DNA of 63,986 bases, filler included, from Thelocarpon superellum (GCA_026025795.1; 10 parts of 10 records of this genome joined end to end with filler, not necessarily neighbours in it), one strand, 5' to 3'; shown: positions 24,161 through 37,856, counted from the first letter of the whole stretch. Notes: generated by a model from the sequence alone, not told the origin. Numbers and translations are program-made.

Positions 24161-25733
24161 GTGAGAAATGGTGGCATCATCGTCGCTGGTTCAGCACCCC
24201 TTTCCAGACGCAATGATGTCGTGTTGAGTGCATGCAATGGGCCCCAGAAAGGGCCAGCGCGACATGTATACCATGCACACTGTTGGAAGATGATTCCCAC
24301 AGTAGACGACGCAGCGCGCCAGGCACAGGTCATGAGACCAAGCTACCCTACCCCTCCCCACGTCACTCGCCAGCGCCGGCGAGCCCTTCTTCCCGCCGTC
24401 GGTCCGTCCGCATACGAGCGAATTCCATAGAGTTCAATCGATGATTGCGAGTTGCTTCAGTGCCGCCGAGACGGAGCACTGTTTATCGCGTCGTGGTATG
24501 CCTGGCTTCAGCGAACAGGCCGGGCCCCAAGCCCGTCAGAGAAGGTTGACCTAGGATTTCGAGTCAAGCACCAACTGGTGGCGTTTCACGGAACCTGGTA
24601 TGTGCATTCAATCTACCACGCAGACTACAGCGTACAGGACGATGGGCGTGACGGCGTCACGATCTATCGAATCGATATTGGCGAAGACGACTTGGGCATC
24701 CGATATCTCCTCTTCTCAAGCGGGGTGCGGTCGACGCGGAAAAGTCGGGCATTGAGCAATATGTGGTGGAGGACCGTCATATCCGACGATCCGATTCGCC
24801 ACGTAAACATTAGACGTGATGTTCGCCAACCCTGGCTGTGTCTGTCTTGACTTGACTGATGGGAGCGACAGGGCTTGCAACTACGTGATCTCATCACCGT
24901 CGATGCACATGGCTCACGCACGTTGTCTTTCCGAGGGGAGATACTTAATGAGACATTTCCGGTCCAGCTGTTGTGGAGCGCTATCGTCGAGCCCATTGGT
25001 TCGGCCGGGCAGAGGGATATGACCAGTACACGCTTGGACTCGTCAATCACTGGCATTTCGGCTGCCTGCTGCTTGGGGAAGGTCGTGATGCTCCACGCGC
25101 ATGGCCCAAGGGAGGATATCCATTCTCACGAAACGCTCGCAAAGTCCACCTCGCTCCCGATTGACTGGTTCTCCTTTCCGCTGGCTCCTGATGAGATGAT
25201 TGTCCAAGTAAGCGGGCGGTGGGAACCGCCCAGGCCAGATTCGGTCCCATGGTATCAGGCGCTTCTTGTGCGTAGGCCAGACTGCCTCTTTACGAGGCAC
25301 CTGCCGCGGTTCCCACGGTATCAGGCGCTTCTTGTGCGTAGACCAGACTGCCTCTTTACGAGGCACCTGACGCTGACTTGGTTCGATGACCACCAGCCGG
25401 GGTCGGACAGTAGCCTTTGGCAACGATTGTCCGCCCCGCTGCCGCGAGGTCGTCACGATCAAAGGATTGATCCGTGTTCCATCGGGAATCCGGTCGCGCG
25501 TCTACTTTAACACCTGGCAATCTTCCGAAAGCATGCACATCGACGCGATTGCAAGCAACTTGACGGGCTCCGAGCGGCCGCTGCCGATAGAGGAGCCGGT
25601 ATGGCCGTTGGAATTGCCGAGCTGGAGATACCTAGGTGGAATGTCTTCAGCGCGTCTCTCTCCGGTGTGGTGGGTGTTCGACTTTGCAAAGCCAACGGGA
25701 GAGGGGAAGTCACCGGGGTGCTACTGCGCTATG
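24161..25733 (+). pseudogene. Fragmented hypothetical gene or relic with an internal 66-nt duplication
   Basis: Successive short + strand ORFs (24161, 24452, 24875, 25386) with protein-like segments (IGEDDLGIRYLLF, MWWRTVI, TSRGRTVAFG) interrupted by stops and frame changes; family not identified. Confidence 0.3.
25245..25369 (+). repeat. Tandem duplication of a 59-nt unit, period 66 nt
   Basis: tcccaYggtatcaggcgcttcttgtgcgtagRccagactgcctctttacgaggcacctg at 25245-25303 and 25311-25369, with 2 mismatches. Confidence 0.9.
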
Positions 25734-25833
25734 NNNNNNNNNNNNNNNNNNNNNNNNNNNNNNNNNNNNNNNNNNNNTTAATTAATTAANNNNNNNNNNN
25801 NNNNNNNNNNNNNNNNNNNNNNNNNNNNNNNNN
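25734..25833. other. Artificial contig spacer
   Basis: N44-TTAATTAATTAA-N44. Confidence 0.99.
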
Positions 25834-26036
25834 ATGATGAGCGGCTTCGACGAGAGGAAGAAAAATGTACAGGCCAGATGTAAGGAGTAAAAGAGAGGAC
25901 GATGACTGGTCCTTGACGGCATCCCTTCTGCTCATTCGTCCCATCAAAGGCGGACGTCGAATGTTTGGGGGCCGGCCGACCCAGCAACACCACCAAGGCC
26001 AATGCACATCCCTCACGTCAATCATGCTCACGAGAC

Positions 26037-28482
26037 TCAGATCGGATTGGGAGTCGGGTATCTTCCACCGCCACCACCACGCCGACCGAGTGGGGGAATC
26101 TGTCCGGGGACTCGCCCGCCTCGCGCCCCACCACGACCACGGCCGGCGCTGGGGAGAGCAAAGTCGCTGTTGTCGGTCAACAAGAGATCTTGTCGCGCGT
26201 TCGGCACCGGTCGTCGCGGCGTGATGTCAGCACCGGGTCCGGGCATCGGGTGCCAATTGGGGTTGACCCCACGCTGCGACACGGACGTGTAGTGGCTGGC
26301 GTCACTGGCGGCGGGAGATCGAGCGTCGTCTAGATCATCCCACTCCTCATGCTCGGTGCGGAGGGGGGCGAGGAAACGCGGGTCATGCCGTTGTGGGGTC
26401 AGCGGTGGCGGATATGCGGACGAGGAGGCCGGGGGCATCTCCGACACGGCGTGTGGTGGCATCGGATCGGTGAAGCGGGGATCGGCGTCTTCGTAGTAAT
26501 GATCGCCCGAGCCGTTGCGGCCGTGAGTGGGGCCTCGTGGCGACTGCAGCACGGCGGGGAGCTCAGCGGGCGAAAGCTCCGATCCCGTGTCCGGCTCATG
26601 CACAGTGTTCAGCGCGCCCGGACGACCGGCATCCGCCCACACAGCTCGGGCCGGCACAAAGGGTCTGATGGACGTCAGTCTTGGGAGAGCCACGCGGCAG
26701 ACACGCGGACCAAAAGCTTACTCTTGAGCGCTGTAAATGCTGGTCGGGCTTACCAGTCCCGGGTTGTATCGGGTCGGAGGCGGATTGCGTGGCGGCGTCC
26801 GTCCCGTGCCACCCGATGGATTGCCCTCTCCGTTCCGAAAGGCGGGGAATCCAGCCGGCGGGTGGGTGGGCGAGAGGTCGTGCGACGGAGAAGGACTGCC
26901 CGTCGTCGCGTCCATCTCGATGGCTTGACCCACGCCGACAACGTCCTCATGCGGATGGAACGGCCGCGGGGGCCCCGGTGACGGCTGTCGTGGCCCGTAC
27001 GGACTGTAGCCACCAAACTCCCCAGGTGGCCCAGGAGACGGTCGCCGTCCGTATCCTGGTGCGGGCCCCAAGCCTGGCGGACCCGGCGACGGTCGCCTTC
27101 CATAGCCGCCAGGTCCCGAGGGGGGTCCCGGTGACGGCCCGCGTCCGTAGCCACCGCGGTAAGGAGACGGATCGCGGCCGTACGGCGCGCCGCGTCCACC
27201 AGGCGCGCCTCCGTAGGCCGGAGGGTGTCCACGAGGATACCCGCGACCCATCGGGTCGGGCCCTGGACCACCCCCGCGGGCATAACCGGGCGGCGGTGCT
27301 GGACCAGGCCACGCCCCCGGCGGCGGCCCGGCGCCATACCCGCCTCGTCCACTCGGGGGAAAGCCGCCGCGACCGCGTGCTCCAAAGCCAGGGCCCCCGC
27401 GTCCGGGTGCGTCGTTGACATAGCCCGCTGGGCCCGGCCGTGGCCCTGATGGGAGACCAAAAGCCCCCGAAGGAGGGAGTGGATTCCCGTACTCATCACG
27501 CGGGCCAGTATATCCTCGTCCGCGGTTGGATCCAGTACCCGGCGCCCCCCGCGGCGGACCGCCATAGCGCTCGGAGCCATCATCGGACGAAGCAAGGCCG
27601 CCTTGGGCGCTCCCGCTACCATGACGGTCGCCGCTGGGCGGAGAGCGGGAGTTGAGCGGGATGCGGTCGTCGTTGCTGAAGAGCGCGTCCTCCTTCCGTG
27701 CCGAGTCGAAGGTGGCAAAGCCCGGTAACTTATCGGCGCCGCTCGCCCCATTGACCACGGGCGCGGAGGGCTCGCGGCTCAGCGGCGGCGATGAAATGCC
27801 CTCGCGGTTGTAGTAATTCTCCCCACTCATCTCGGCATTCTCGGCGATGCGTTTCTTCCGTGCCTTGCGGCTGACCAAGGTGCGGCGCATGGCGCAGGTG
27901 ATGACGCTGCTACCCGCGAGCAGCAGTGTGGCCGCGAGCACGATCCAGCCGGGCCAGTTCAGATGCGGCAAGAACATCAACAGATCAACGAGGAAGGCGA
28001 GTAATGAAAGCACCAGAGTAGGAACGCTAAGGATGAGAAGCGCGAGTAGATATCGCTGCGAGTGCGATGGAGAGTGGAGGTGGGCCGCTAGGGCTAGGAA
28101 GAGCATGATGAGGGTAAAGAGCGCGGCGATCGGGTGGACGATGAGCAGGGGTGAGAGCGAATGTCGAGTGGTCTGGCCCAGGGTGAAGTCGGCATTGGTG
28201 GCGGAGCCTAGATCATGACCCCGTCAGTCTTGCGTCGACCATCTCGTTGATCCTTGGAGCGAGGCTCGCCGAGGAGAGAGACAGGTGCCACATACCGACA
28301 TTGTAGCCAATGGTCGGCGCGCTACATTTGGTGCCCTCGCAGAAGCCAAAGACACCATAGTCGACCCCCCCGCCGCTGGCGAGCTTGATGCCGGTGATGA
28401 TGGGGGTGGAGAGAACGGAGAGGAGCAGCAGCACAAAGGCGAGAAAGAGCACGACGGACAGCGGTGTGGCCGGCCGAAGCAT
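26037..28482 (-). CDS. palI: pH-response regulator PalI/Rim9 (SUR7/PalI family)
   Basis: MLRPATPLSVVLFLAFVLLLLSVLSTP...YGVFGFC...IVHPIAA...AFLVDLLMFLPHLNWPGWIVLAAT...CAMRRTLVSRKARKKRIAENAEMSGENYY; long Pro/Gly cytosolic tail with SDASHYTSVSQRGVNPNW. Confidence 0.9.
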
Positions 28483-31011
28483 GTCGACTTCGCAGACGGT
28501 GCTCGCCCCCACGGGCGGGCTCCAGAGGGAAGTAACGTATCAGGGTCCACGGTGCAGGCCCACTTGAATCACTGGTACAGGGTGTTGATGACTCGAGTAG
28601 CCCCGAGCCCAGCAGATGGCGGCCGGGCAGGCAGTTATGGCGAGCGGAGCGTTGTCGGCGCGCCCATTGGCGATGCCGAGCAGCCAACACCTGGCTGCGT
28701 GCAGGGTGAAGCAGGCCGCCTTGACCGTCCGACGCCCGGTCTGAATGACGTTGCGGACGATTGACGGACGAGGGCTTCGTCGCACGGGCGACAACAGGTG
28801 GTCGTCTGGGGCGATGGTGGAATGCCGGTTCAAGGGGCGCTGCCGCACGAGTGGTGGAGTGAGGAGCGCGGAGCGTGGAGCTTGGAGCGTGGCGTTGCCT
28901 CGACCGATCGTGGAGCCGTTGACTCCAACGCCTGCGGGCCACGGAATTGATCGTCTATGGCGGAGCGGCCGACCGCTACTGGCACCACGGGCACCACTGA
29001 CACCATCTACGACCGTCCCAGTTTCTGCTGCTTTACGGCAAGTTGGCAGCGCGACTCCTCGGTCGGCTAGGCCTATCGCCGCCTAGTCCCCCGCGCACCT
29101 TGCGGCTGCCCGTCGGTCACCTTTGTCTCCTCGGTGTGGCTCGTCTCGCTTCAGCTGGCGACTGCGAGGGACGACCGTAGCGAGAAAACGGCGGGCCACG
29201 GGGATCGTCCCCCCTTCGTATCCGAGCGATCGACGGCTCTCGAACGGCAGCGACCAAGACCCGGAAGCTTCGTGGAGAGCCGACGCATGAATGAGGCGTC
29301 AGGCTGCTTCGTCGCCCTGACAGACGAAGGCAGGTGCTTTCGATGTTTGATGGCTGAAGGATAGATGAAGCCTCCCTCTTGCCATCCTCGCAACCGATCT
29401 GCCGGCAGATGGCAGGTGTAGGCGATGCCGGCTCTGGCGTCGCCCGGGACATGGGTGTCCCCTTAACCAGCCGCACACGGACCTTCTCGGCCACCGCACC
29501 ATGGGACATCTGTTCTGGCACGGGTGGTGAAACGCTTGGGGCATCCGGACAGAACGTTGTCTCAGGCCCAGCCGACCTCCTGCGTTCCGACGTAATCTCC
29601 CCTGTACCCTATTCGTATCGTAACGCAACTCGCCTTGTTCCTGGATCGCGTCCCGCACGGCAGCTGCTTGCCATCGTACGCGTCGCTTGATCTCACGGTC
29701 CTGATGGGCGGCGCTGGTGGAGTCGCGCACCATACTTGCCCCCAAAATCCGTTTGGGTTGTACTGACGCGATGCTGGTATTTGTCGTTTACCGTACCGGC
29801 AGCATTCCATTTTCGTCGCCGTGATGAAACCCGCGCCCGACGAATCTGTCCCCTACCTACCTGTCTGGGTTATCCCGCCGTAGCTGGTGCTGCCGTCGAG
29901 CGATGTGGCGCGGTGAGGAAAGCTCCCAACGGCCGCGTGGGTCGGGCACAAGGAGCCGATCCTTCGCCGTCGAATCTCGACAGCGCTCCTCGCCACAGGC
30001 GCGCAGGCGCGTCCTCGTAGGCGACGACGCGAGCCCGGAGGGAGAGCGAGAGCGTGGATTTGACCTTGGCGCACCACGAGACGGCGTCCTACCAAGTCGC
30101 ATACGACGTGTCTCGTCTGCGCGCGCGGCACCTCATGCGGGGCATGACCATGGCCGCATGATTAGCATCGCCAGGCAGGTCGAAATTTTGGGGTCATCTT
30201 GCCCGGCAAATCGGTCGGCGACCATGACCACTTTGCTGTTGCATCGCTTCTCTCGCTCGCTTGGCCAGTGGACCGAACCCATCCACGACACCACTCTCCG
30301 GTCGTTTCATCGGCCGGTGGGTTGAAGCAAGCAACGCGTGGTGGAATCACCACTGTTCCGCCCAAGAGCCTTCGTTTAGGCTACCCATTCCACTTCCCTT
30401 TGGCCCTTTGGGCTGTTGCGGTGTATCACCGGAAGAGCCGGTGGCCGGATGGAGCCAGCCCTCTGACGGCGGTGGACCAACTCGGTTAGATGGTGATCGG
30501 GTCATTGCCGACGGCCATCTCGGAGGGGAAAGGCAGCGCCACGTTGCGTCTAGCTGCGTCGCTCACCAGCGTGCACCAGCACCGCGGTCGGCCCCCGCCC
30601 TCCCCACCGCCAATCCAGTGTGCTCCAGCCGACCGCGGTGCATGCTCTGGCCCGTGGCCCGCGGCCACTTATGTCTGCGGTCCGGCCATCGCTGCGTCAT
30701 CCTGCTTCCCCCGCGCATCGTGGCGGACGATGGCCAGAGGTCTAGACCCCTGCGCCGTAAACATGCCCAATGACCAGGCCATGGACGTCGTAATCCGTCC
30801 ATGTCTGACGGCCGCCCTGCCCCCCATTCACCGAGGGCGAGGGCGAGGGCGAGGGCCCAGATGGTGAATGGCATGGCGCTCTGCATGGCGCTCTGTCGTC
30901 TTTAAGAGATCCTCTGTGCGCTGTAGCATCCACTCTTCCTGGCATTCCGCACCTCTTTGAACCCATCCTCCTGTGATCCGTGGATCAAGTGATTGCACCA
31001 CACCTGTCAGG

Positions 31012-31855
31012 ATGCCCAAACAAAGCACCATCGGAGCACCGAGCGAGGGCAACCACAAGATCGGTGGCGTGCCGACGGTCCATTATCTGGACTTCCAGTC
31101 CAAGGGCCGTGGCCAAGTCGTGCGCTTGTTCTTCGAGGTGCCTGTCCCTTACCTGTTTCCCTACTCTCACCTCCCCAGGTCATGGATCCTGACAGTCCTG
31201 GTATCAGGACGCCGGCATCTCATACCACGATGTGCGATATGACAACGATGAGCTGCCCGCGGCGAAGAAGGGCAAGCTCGGCGCCATGAACCCCCTCTGC
31301 ACCCTGCCCGTGTTGGAGCTCAACGGCCGCACCTTGATGCAGAGCTACGCCATGCTCCGTCATTTCGCCCGTCTCCTGAACGAGTATGACGGCACGACGG
31401 AAGAGGAGCGCTACTGGGTCGATGCCATGTGCGACATTGCCACCGACTGTACGTGGTGGCACCTAGTGCCCCTCTCTCCTCCCCTCTTCCCCCCTCCAGA
31501 GCCACGTCGCTGACTTGCGCTCGTCGCAGGGCGCACACTCTTCGTGCAAGCCTTCTTGCACCCCAACCACGCCGTGACCTACCCGGCACATACCGCAGGC
31601 GACCGCGTCCGCTTCCTCCGTGGCCTAGAGACGCACCTGACCAGCCACGAGCTCTCGCGCGCCGGGCCCTTTGTCATCGGCTCACGCATCACCTATGCGG
31701 ATCTGGTCATCTACCAGGTCTGCCACGATGAGGGGCTCTCCAAGGACCAGTGCGAGGGTCTGGCGTCGTATCCACGCCTGGCGCAGCTGGTGACGGCCGT
31801 CGAGGCCCGTCCAAATGTCAAAGCCTTCTTGGACAGCTCGCGTTACCTTGGATAG
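31012..31855 (+). CDS. Glutathione S-transferase, Tyr-type N-terminal motif, 2 introns
   Basis: HYLDFQSKGRGQVVRLFFE|DAGISY...NPLCTLPVLELNGRTLMQSYAMLRHFA...FVIGSRITYADLVIYQ...YPRLAQLVTAVEARPNVKAFL. Confidence 0.88.
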
Positions 31856-32173
31856 GGAGGCGGTTGGCGTATCGATAAATCGACCTCGATGGATGCCGAC
31901 ATGCAATTGGCTATAATCGCAGTGGTCTGACCAACCGAGCGTTCATCGTCGGCAGTAGGGCTAGGCAGACGTGCACGGCCATGCTATTGATGAATGAGAC
32001 AGCTAGATATGATCATGATGATGACTCTCGGAGCCGCGCTGACATGACATGGGTGACTGTTGAATCACGCGGAGGGCGTCTCGTCGTAACTCGTAATGGA
32101 AACGAAGCCTTGATCCTGATCGACCCACCGTCCACCCACCTGTCGAAGACCAGAGCTGAATGCATGGAGACTG

Positions 32174-32273
32174 NNNNNNNNNNNNNNNNNNNNNNNNNNN
32201 NNNNNNNNNNNNNNNNNTTAATTAATTAANNNNNNNNNNNNNNNNNNNNNNNNNNNNNNNNNNNNNNNNNNNN
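32174..32273. other. Artificial contig spacer
   Basis: N44-TTAATTAATTAA-N44. Confidence 0.99.
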
Positions 32274-33894
32274 CCTCCTTCTTCCCTCCCCACCCTTTCT
32301 GCGTCGCTCCCCGCGTGTTCCAGCGTAGAGTGCGACTGATGCTGTCGAACCAGTCGGTCGGCTGGGCCAGAACAGTGGGAAACGGGTACCGCGACGCGGC
32401 GATGGTGACGTAGTCGCCCTGCCGCAGCTCCACGCGCCCCTTGCCGTCGAAAGAGCAATACGCGGTCGCGCGAGATGCTTTGGGGATCGCGACGCGCAGG
32501 AGCATCGTGTCGTTTAGGAGCATCGGCCGGAAGGAGAGCGTGTGCGGGCAGATCGGCGTCAGAAGGATGGCGGGTATGTCCGGGTGCACGAGCGAGCCGC
32601 CGGCGGAGAGCGAGTAGGCTGTTGAGCCTGTAAGAGAGGCGGGGTTAGATGTGTGTGTGAGTCAAAGGAAAAGGGCTGAGTGGAATAACATACCAGTTGG
32701 TGTGGAGAAGATACATCCGTCGGCTTGGACGACGGTGAGGAGCTCGTTGTCCCCGAACAACTCGAGATTCGACACGTAGGGTGATGGACCTCGGTCGATG
32801 ACAAGTTCGTTGAGGACCTCGAATTGCTCTGCCTCCTCGGCGCCTCCCAGGCGACCGTTCCGGTACAAGGTGCAGGTGAAGCGCATGCGGAGGTTCACTC
32901 GCATCCCCGAGTCACCCATGACACTGTGCAGGTGCTCCTTGTACTGATGGAATTGGAAGTTGGTCAAGAAGCCCAGGCTACCCAGGCTGAAGCTCAAGAT
33001 GGGGGGCACGATGCGCTGGAAGAGCCAGCTGGTGAAGAGGACGGTGCCGTCGCCACCAAGGGTCAAGACGAGATCGAACGTCTCGGGCGAGCTCCAGCAG
33101 AGGTCGGGTGTCCAATATCGGAGCATATCCTGAAAACGGGGGTTTCGCTCGACCAGGCCCGCGGCGTTGAATCGCTTTGACATCCTCAGCTTGGCGTCCA
33201 CGTAGACGTTGATGCCAAGGTCCGATCCATATCGCGGGGTGCTGAGCAGCCAGCCGGCCAACTCGCGCGTGAGCGTGACCAACTGGTTGTCTCTGGCCTT
33301 GGTCACGATCATGACACTTCGAACAGCTTGTCGGATGGGCCGCCGTTGCAGTTGTCTTGATACCTCTCGGACTCCCGTCGCCGTCTGCATGAGCCTCGAA
33401 TGCGATATGTACTCATCGTCGACGATCTCTTCTAGCACCTTGTCGATGTTCACCGCGTCGCCGAAGCGTTGATGGAAGAAGCACGGCGATGGCAATGCCG
33501 CATTGCGCAGACCTGAGGCGCCCCCGTCGGACGATGGATCAAGCTCAAGACCCTCAAGGGCATCTAATACCGACTGGCTGGGCATGGGGCCTGTGAGTGG
33601 TGCGCGGATCTGGTTCGAAATCGAAGATGCGACGGAAAGAGGTCGGAGATCTGCTCGTCCCAGTGGTGACCCAAGTGCTTGGAGCATGCTGTGACAGGGA
33701 GCCCCATTGAGCGAAAGCGTCCTCGCTCGGTTCGATGGCGGTGGGACAATGGAGAGAGGGCTGGCGGTCTTTTGGACAACCGTCGGAGTGTCGTTGGGCG
33801 TGTCTGTGGCTCCGTCCGGCTCGACCACAGGACTGGCGGGAGTGAACACTTGGGATACCGCGGAGCCAACAGAGGGCATGGTGGGAGATGACAT
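32274..33894 (-). CDS. ATP-NAD kinase (Utr1/Yef1-like), 3'-truncated
   Basis: TLGGDGTVL, FSLGSLGFLT, VLNELVIDRG, QADGCIFSTPT|GSTAYSLSAGGSLVHP, TPICPHTLSFRP. Confidence 0.93.
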
Positions 33895-35351
33895 GGCAGC
33901 GAATGGGCTTGAGAATGCAACGGTACCAGGGACTTTGATAGAGTCTTGAGCACGGAACGCAAGCCAGCGACAGCTATGCGTCGAAGCCCAAGATGGGCTT
34001 GGACGAATACGACTTCATGGCCCCGTTGGAAAGAGGGATGGCAAGCGATGAGCCTGATCCGTCTCCGTCAAGCTTGTTCGATCCCATGGGTCAAATATAA
34101 ATAAACGCGGCCTGAAAGCGACGATGGAGGAGCATTCGCGGCCCTCTGCTGGCCGTCCGGCCGGCCGGGCATCCGATAGCTCCGGGGTGCGGTGCACTAG
34201 CTGCTAGCGAGGACCACACCAGCAAAGAGCAGCCAGCCCCTCCCCCTGCCGGCACTTGGTGTACCCTAGTGGAGCACACCACGTAGTCTACCTAGTCAGA
34301 TCATGCAAGCCACCTGCGATTTGGAACGGGGGCAGATTGACCGGGCACCAATAATCGTGGGCCCTCGAGATCGTGCCTTGCCGGAATGAGCGAGGACCGC
34401 GTTCAGGGCCATCATGTACCCGCAACGGGGCACGTCGCGCAATGCTTTTTGGATTTGTGTGAGAGCGAGACCTCTCCCTTGGAAGAGATACATCGGCACC
34501 GCTAACGTGGCGAGACTGTTCATCCGTTCCCCGTACGTGGCTCATCTCGCCGCACCCCGATCGCTTCCTCGGTCGGCCCCGATCGCCTTCCGACGAGATC
34601 TGTCGCAGCTCCCACGAGACTTTCACCCTGCATTTCGTCCCCCACGTCTCCCACGCGTGGACGATCAAACTGAGCCGCGAGGCAGTGCCCTTTCCGTCAT
34701 ATACGCAGGTGCCATCATCAGCCAAGACCGACACCCACTTGCGCGATGCATAATATGTGGCGTGGCCGTGGTGCCCCTCCTTTAGTGCTCGCGCCGCATC
34801 CACCCTAAGCGGATGCCCGCCCTGGTTGCAGCGTCGTGTGAAGGGCACCACCACCCCCCGATGGAGCAGACCGATGCTCACGCTGTGCCACGCGCATAGC
34901 AGTAGCACGTCGTGATCGTGCCAGTGATTACGCACGCATCGGTATGACTGCATAAATCCTGTTGTTGATCGCGACCAGATACGAGGTCGACGAGAGGTCG
35001 GAGACGAGCCTGTAGCCGCTGTGGCGGAAGCACGGCTCGACCCACCACCCTTATGCGTGGGGAGAGCCTTAGGGCATCGATAAGTGCCAGCCACAACACC
35101 ATCACCAGGGCATGGAGGCTCCGTCGTGTCCGCTCCCCCGTATGGGAGACACGGCACAACATCGCATGGCGACTCTTTCCTCGCCAATGACCTTTCTCAT
35201 CACAAAGTGCTGCCATGGACCGACGACCTCTGATATGACTCGCTGGACTACTGCCACCATCTGTCCAATAGCGGCCGAAGGAAATGGTACACCTACTTAC
35301 AGTTCCATGTTTCGCCCGATGGAAACATGGCGCCATGAGATGAATGCTGCG

Positions 35352-36259
35352 CTATCCGTCTACCGCGACATGTTGTAAGCTCTCCTTCCAGCTTTGATCT
35401 CGGGCCACCTTGGCCCGCATGACATCCCGAAGCATCTGCTGCCTTGGCATCGGGTCAGGAGACTCATCCTCCATCAGCGCATCCTCATCACCCTTCGCAT
35501 TCGATGGGCCGCAGCATGCCGACTTGGCCCGGTCGAATACTTCTTCCCATTGGTCGAGGTCAAAGTCGCCCTCGCTCTCCGCTAGCAACAATGCCCCCTG
35601 TGACGTGAAGGCCAGGACATGGGCGGAGCTGGCTTCTTCACATTGCTTCGAGGACGGGTCGAGGATGTAGCTTCCTTGAGGCATAGGCGCTACCAAGACC
35701 GCGGTGCACGTCGTCGCGAGAGGGACAGACGCCGACAGCAAGGCGAGCACGGAGGCTTGTAGCAGGGCTGGCAGTATTGGCAGGACCTGGGGAAATCAGT
35801 TCGGCCTTGGCCTAGCCCTTTCATGGTTTAAGGCGCACCGAGCGACTTTGTGAGAGGCCACTAGAAGAAGAGTCCTCGTCTGGCGCTGCTGCGACTTGTA
35901 AGACGATCTGAAGGAGCATCCGGGGGTGGTTGTGAACTAGAATAATTTGACGGAGGGTCGATTGGAGGAGCATCTCAATATGGCGTTCTCTTGGCCCTAC
36001 CCTCAACCCTTCAGCAGAAGTTCCATTGCATTTCTTCCATCTCTCTCAGATTGCAGGGCGACATACCTCCCGCGCCGGACGCCGGGCGTAACATGACATC
36101 GACGACCGCCTCCTCCGGGAGCTCATCTCGTCGGAGAGCTTCGACGGGCCCATTGACGGCCGCAATGATGGAATAGCCTCCTTGAGAGAACGTCGCCGAC
36201 CCATCTGCTCTGGACAGATGGGAGATGGCAGTCTCTGCATGGTCGTTCGTTTCCGTCAT
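35352..36259 (-). CDS. RRP46: Exosome subunit Rrp46 (RNase PH-like), 2 introns
   Basis: LSRADGSATFSQGGYSIIAAVNGPVEALRRDELPEEAVVDVMLRP...RERHIEMLLQSTLRQII...HPRMLLQIVLQV...LALLSASVPL...LLLAESEGDFD. Confidence 0.87.
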
Positions 36260-36481
36260 GTCTACAGAACGGACACTAGGAGCGACGGAGGGGTGTCAGG
36301 TACTTGATACAACTATGTTACTCTGCGACAACGGCTGCCGAACCCTGGACGCCGGGGTGGAAAAACAATTGGCCGGGCGACGCTCGACCAGCTTGGTCAT
36401 TACGCCACCACGAGGGGCCATGAACAACCTCCGTCCTAGCTGACCCTTCCCTCTACCAACGACGACCATTTTCATGATTTG

Positions 36482-37856
36482 ATGATGGCGTCGATGGCTA
36501 CATCTCCAAATGATGCCTCGCCGGCTTTGCCTAAACTTTCCCCACGGCGCCGGCGACCAGCGCCAGAGACCAATCAGCCAGTACCTGAGACGCCTCCGCT
36601 CCCATCGCCTCCGGCCTCATCGAGTCTCAAACCAATCCATCCCACGCGCCGAATTCTATCTTCGGTTGACCATGAAGCCTTTCTCGCTTCTCCGACCTAC
36701 CAACTGATTCTCGCGTTCGTGTTCTCCCTGTCCGATTCGGTTCAGGACAAGCCTGTTTCGGCGGTCAAGGCCGAGGATCTCAGTCCCATTGTCAAGACGA
36801 TATTGGAAGTCCTTGACGGTGTGCAAGCCGTGGTAGAGCTCTGTCCACCGGAAGAGCAGCAGGGCTCTCGATTTGGCAACAAAGGGTTCCTCTTATTTGT
36901 TGATGCCGTCGAGCAAAAACATGAAGAATGGCATCGACAGCTGGGCATCCACGACGAAGCGACCATCGATGAAGCATCGACCTATTTCCTACATTCCTTT
37001 GGCAATCGCACGCGGATCGACTACGGATCGGGACACGAACTCAACTTCATCATCTGGCTGCAAGTAGAGCGCCATCCTCCGGGTCAAGCATGAGCTAACG
37101 TCATCCAGCCTTTCCCTCTATCAACTCTCTCTCCTCCCACCTCCCACCTTCCCCTCGGTCGTGCTTTACGTCTTCACGCGCTATCTCAAGCTCATGCGCC
37201 ACGTCCAATCGACATACTACCTCGAGCCGGCGGGGTCGCACGGAGTATGGGGCCTCGACGACTACCAATTCCTACCTTTTCTCTTCGGGTCATCACAGCT
37301 GCTACATCACCCGTTCATCCGGCCGCTCTCAATTCACCAAGAACTGGTCCTGGAAGAGTACGGACCAGAATACCTGTACCTGAGCCAGGTGGGCTTCGTG
37401 AATAGTGTGAAGAACGTGCAGGGGCTACGATGGCACAGTCCCATGCTCGACGACATCTCGGCGGCCAAGAACTGGGCCAAGGTCGAGGCCGGCATGCGCC
37501 GCATGTTCGTCAAGGAGGTCCTGGGCAAGTTGCCCGTGATGCAGCACTTCCTGTTTGGCGGACTGGTGCCCGCCGTGGAGGGCATGAGCCAGGAGCAGCG
37601 CGAGGAGCCGTACGCCGGGGGGACGCGAAGCGGAGGGAACGGCACCGGCACCGGCACCGGCACCGACACAGGCATCGACGAACGGGGCGAAGACGGCGAA
37701 GAAGGCGTGGTGATGCACGACGGCATGAAACACGTACACCAGCAAAGCGCGTGGGGCGATTGCTGTGGCATCAAGGTACCGAGCAGTATCGGAGCGGCGC
37801 AGGAGATGAAGAAGCGAAGGGGCGGGGACGAGCTACGGCGGATTCCGTTTGACTAG
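36482..37856 (+). CDS. RRD2: PP2A activator PTPA, Rrd2/Ypa2 type, with one GC-AG intron
   Basis: [93 protein letters not shown]...IPFD*; intron at 37060-37108. Confidence 0.93.
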
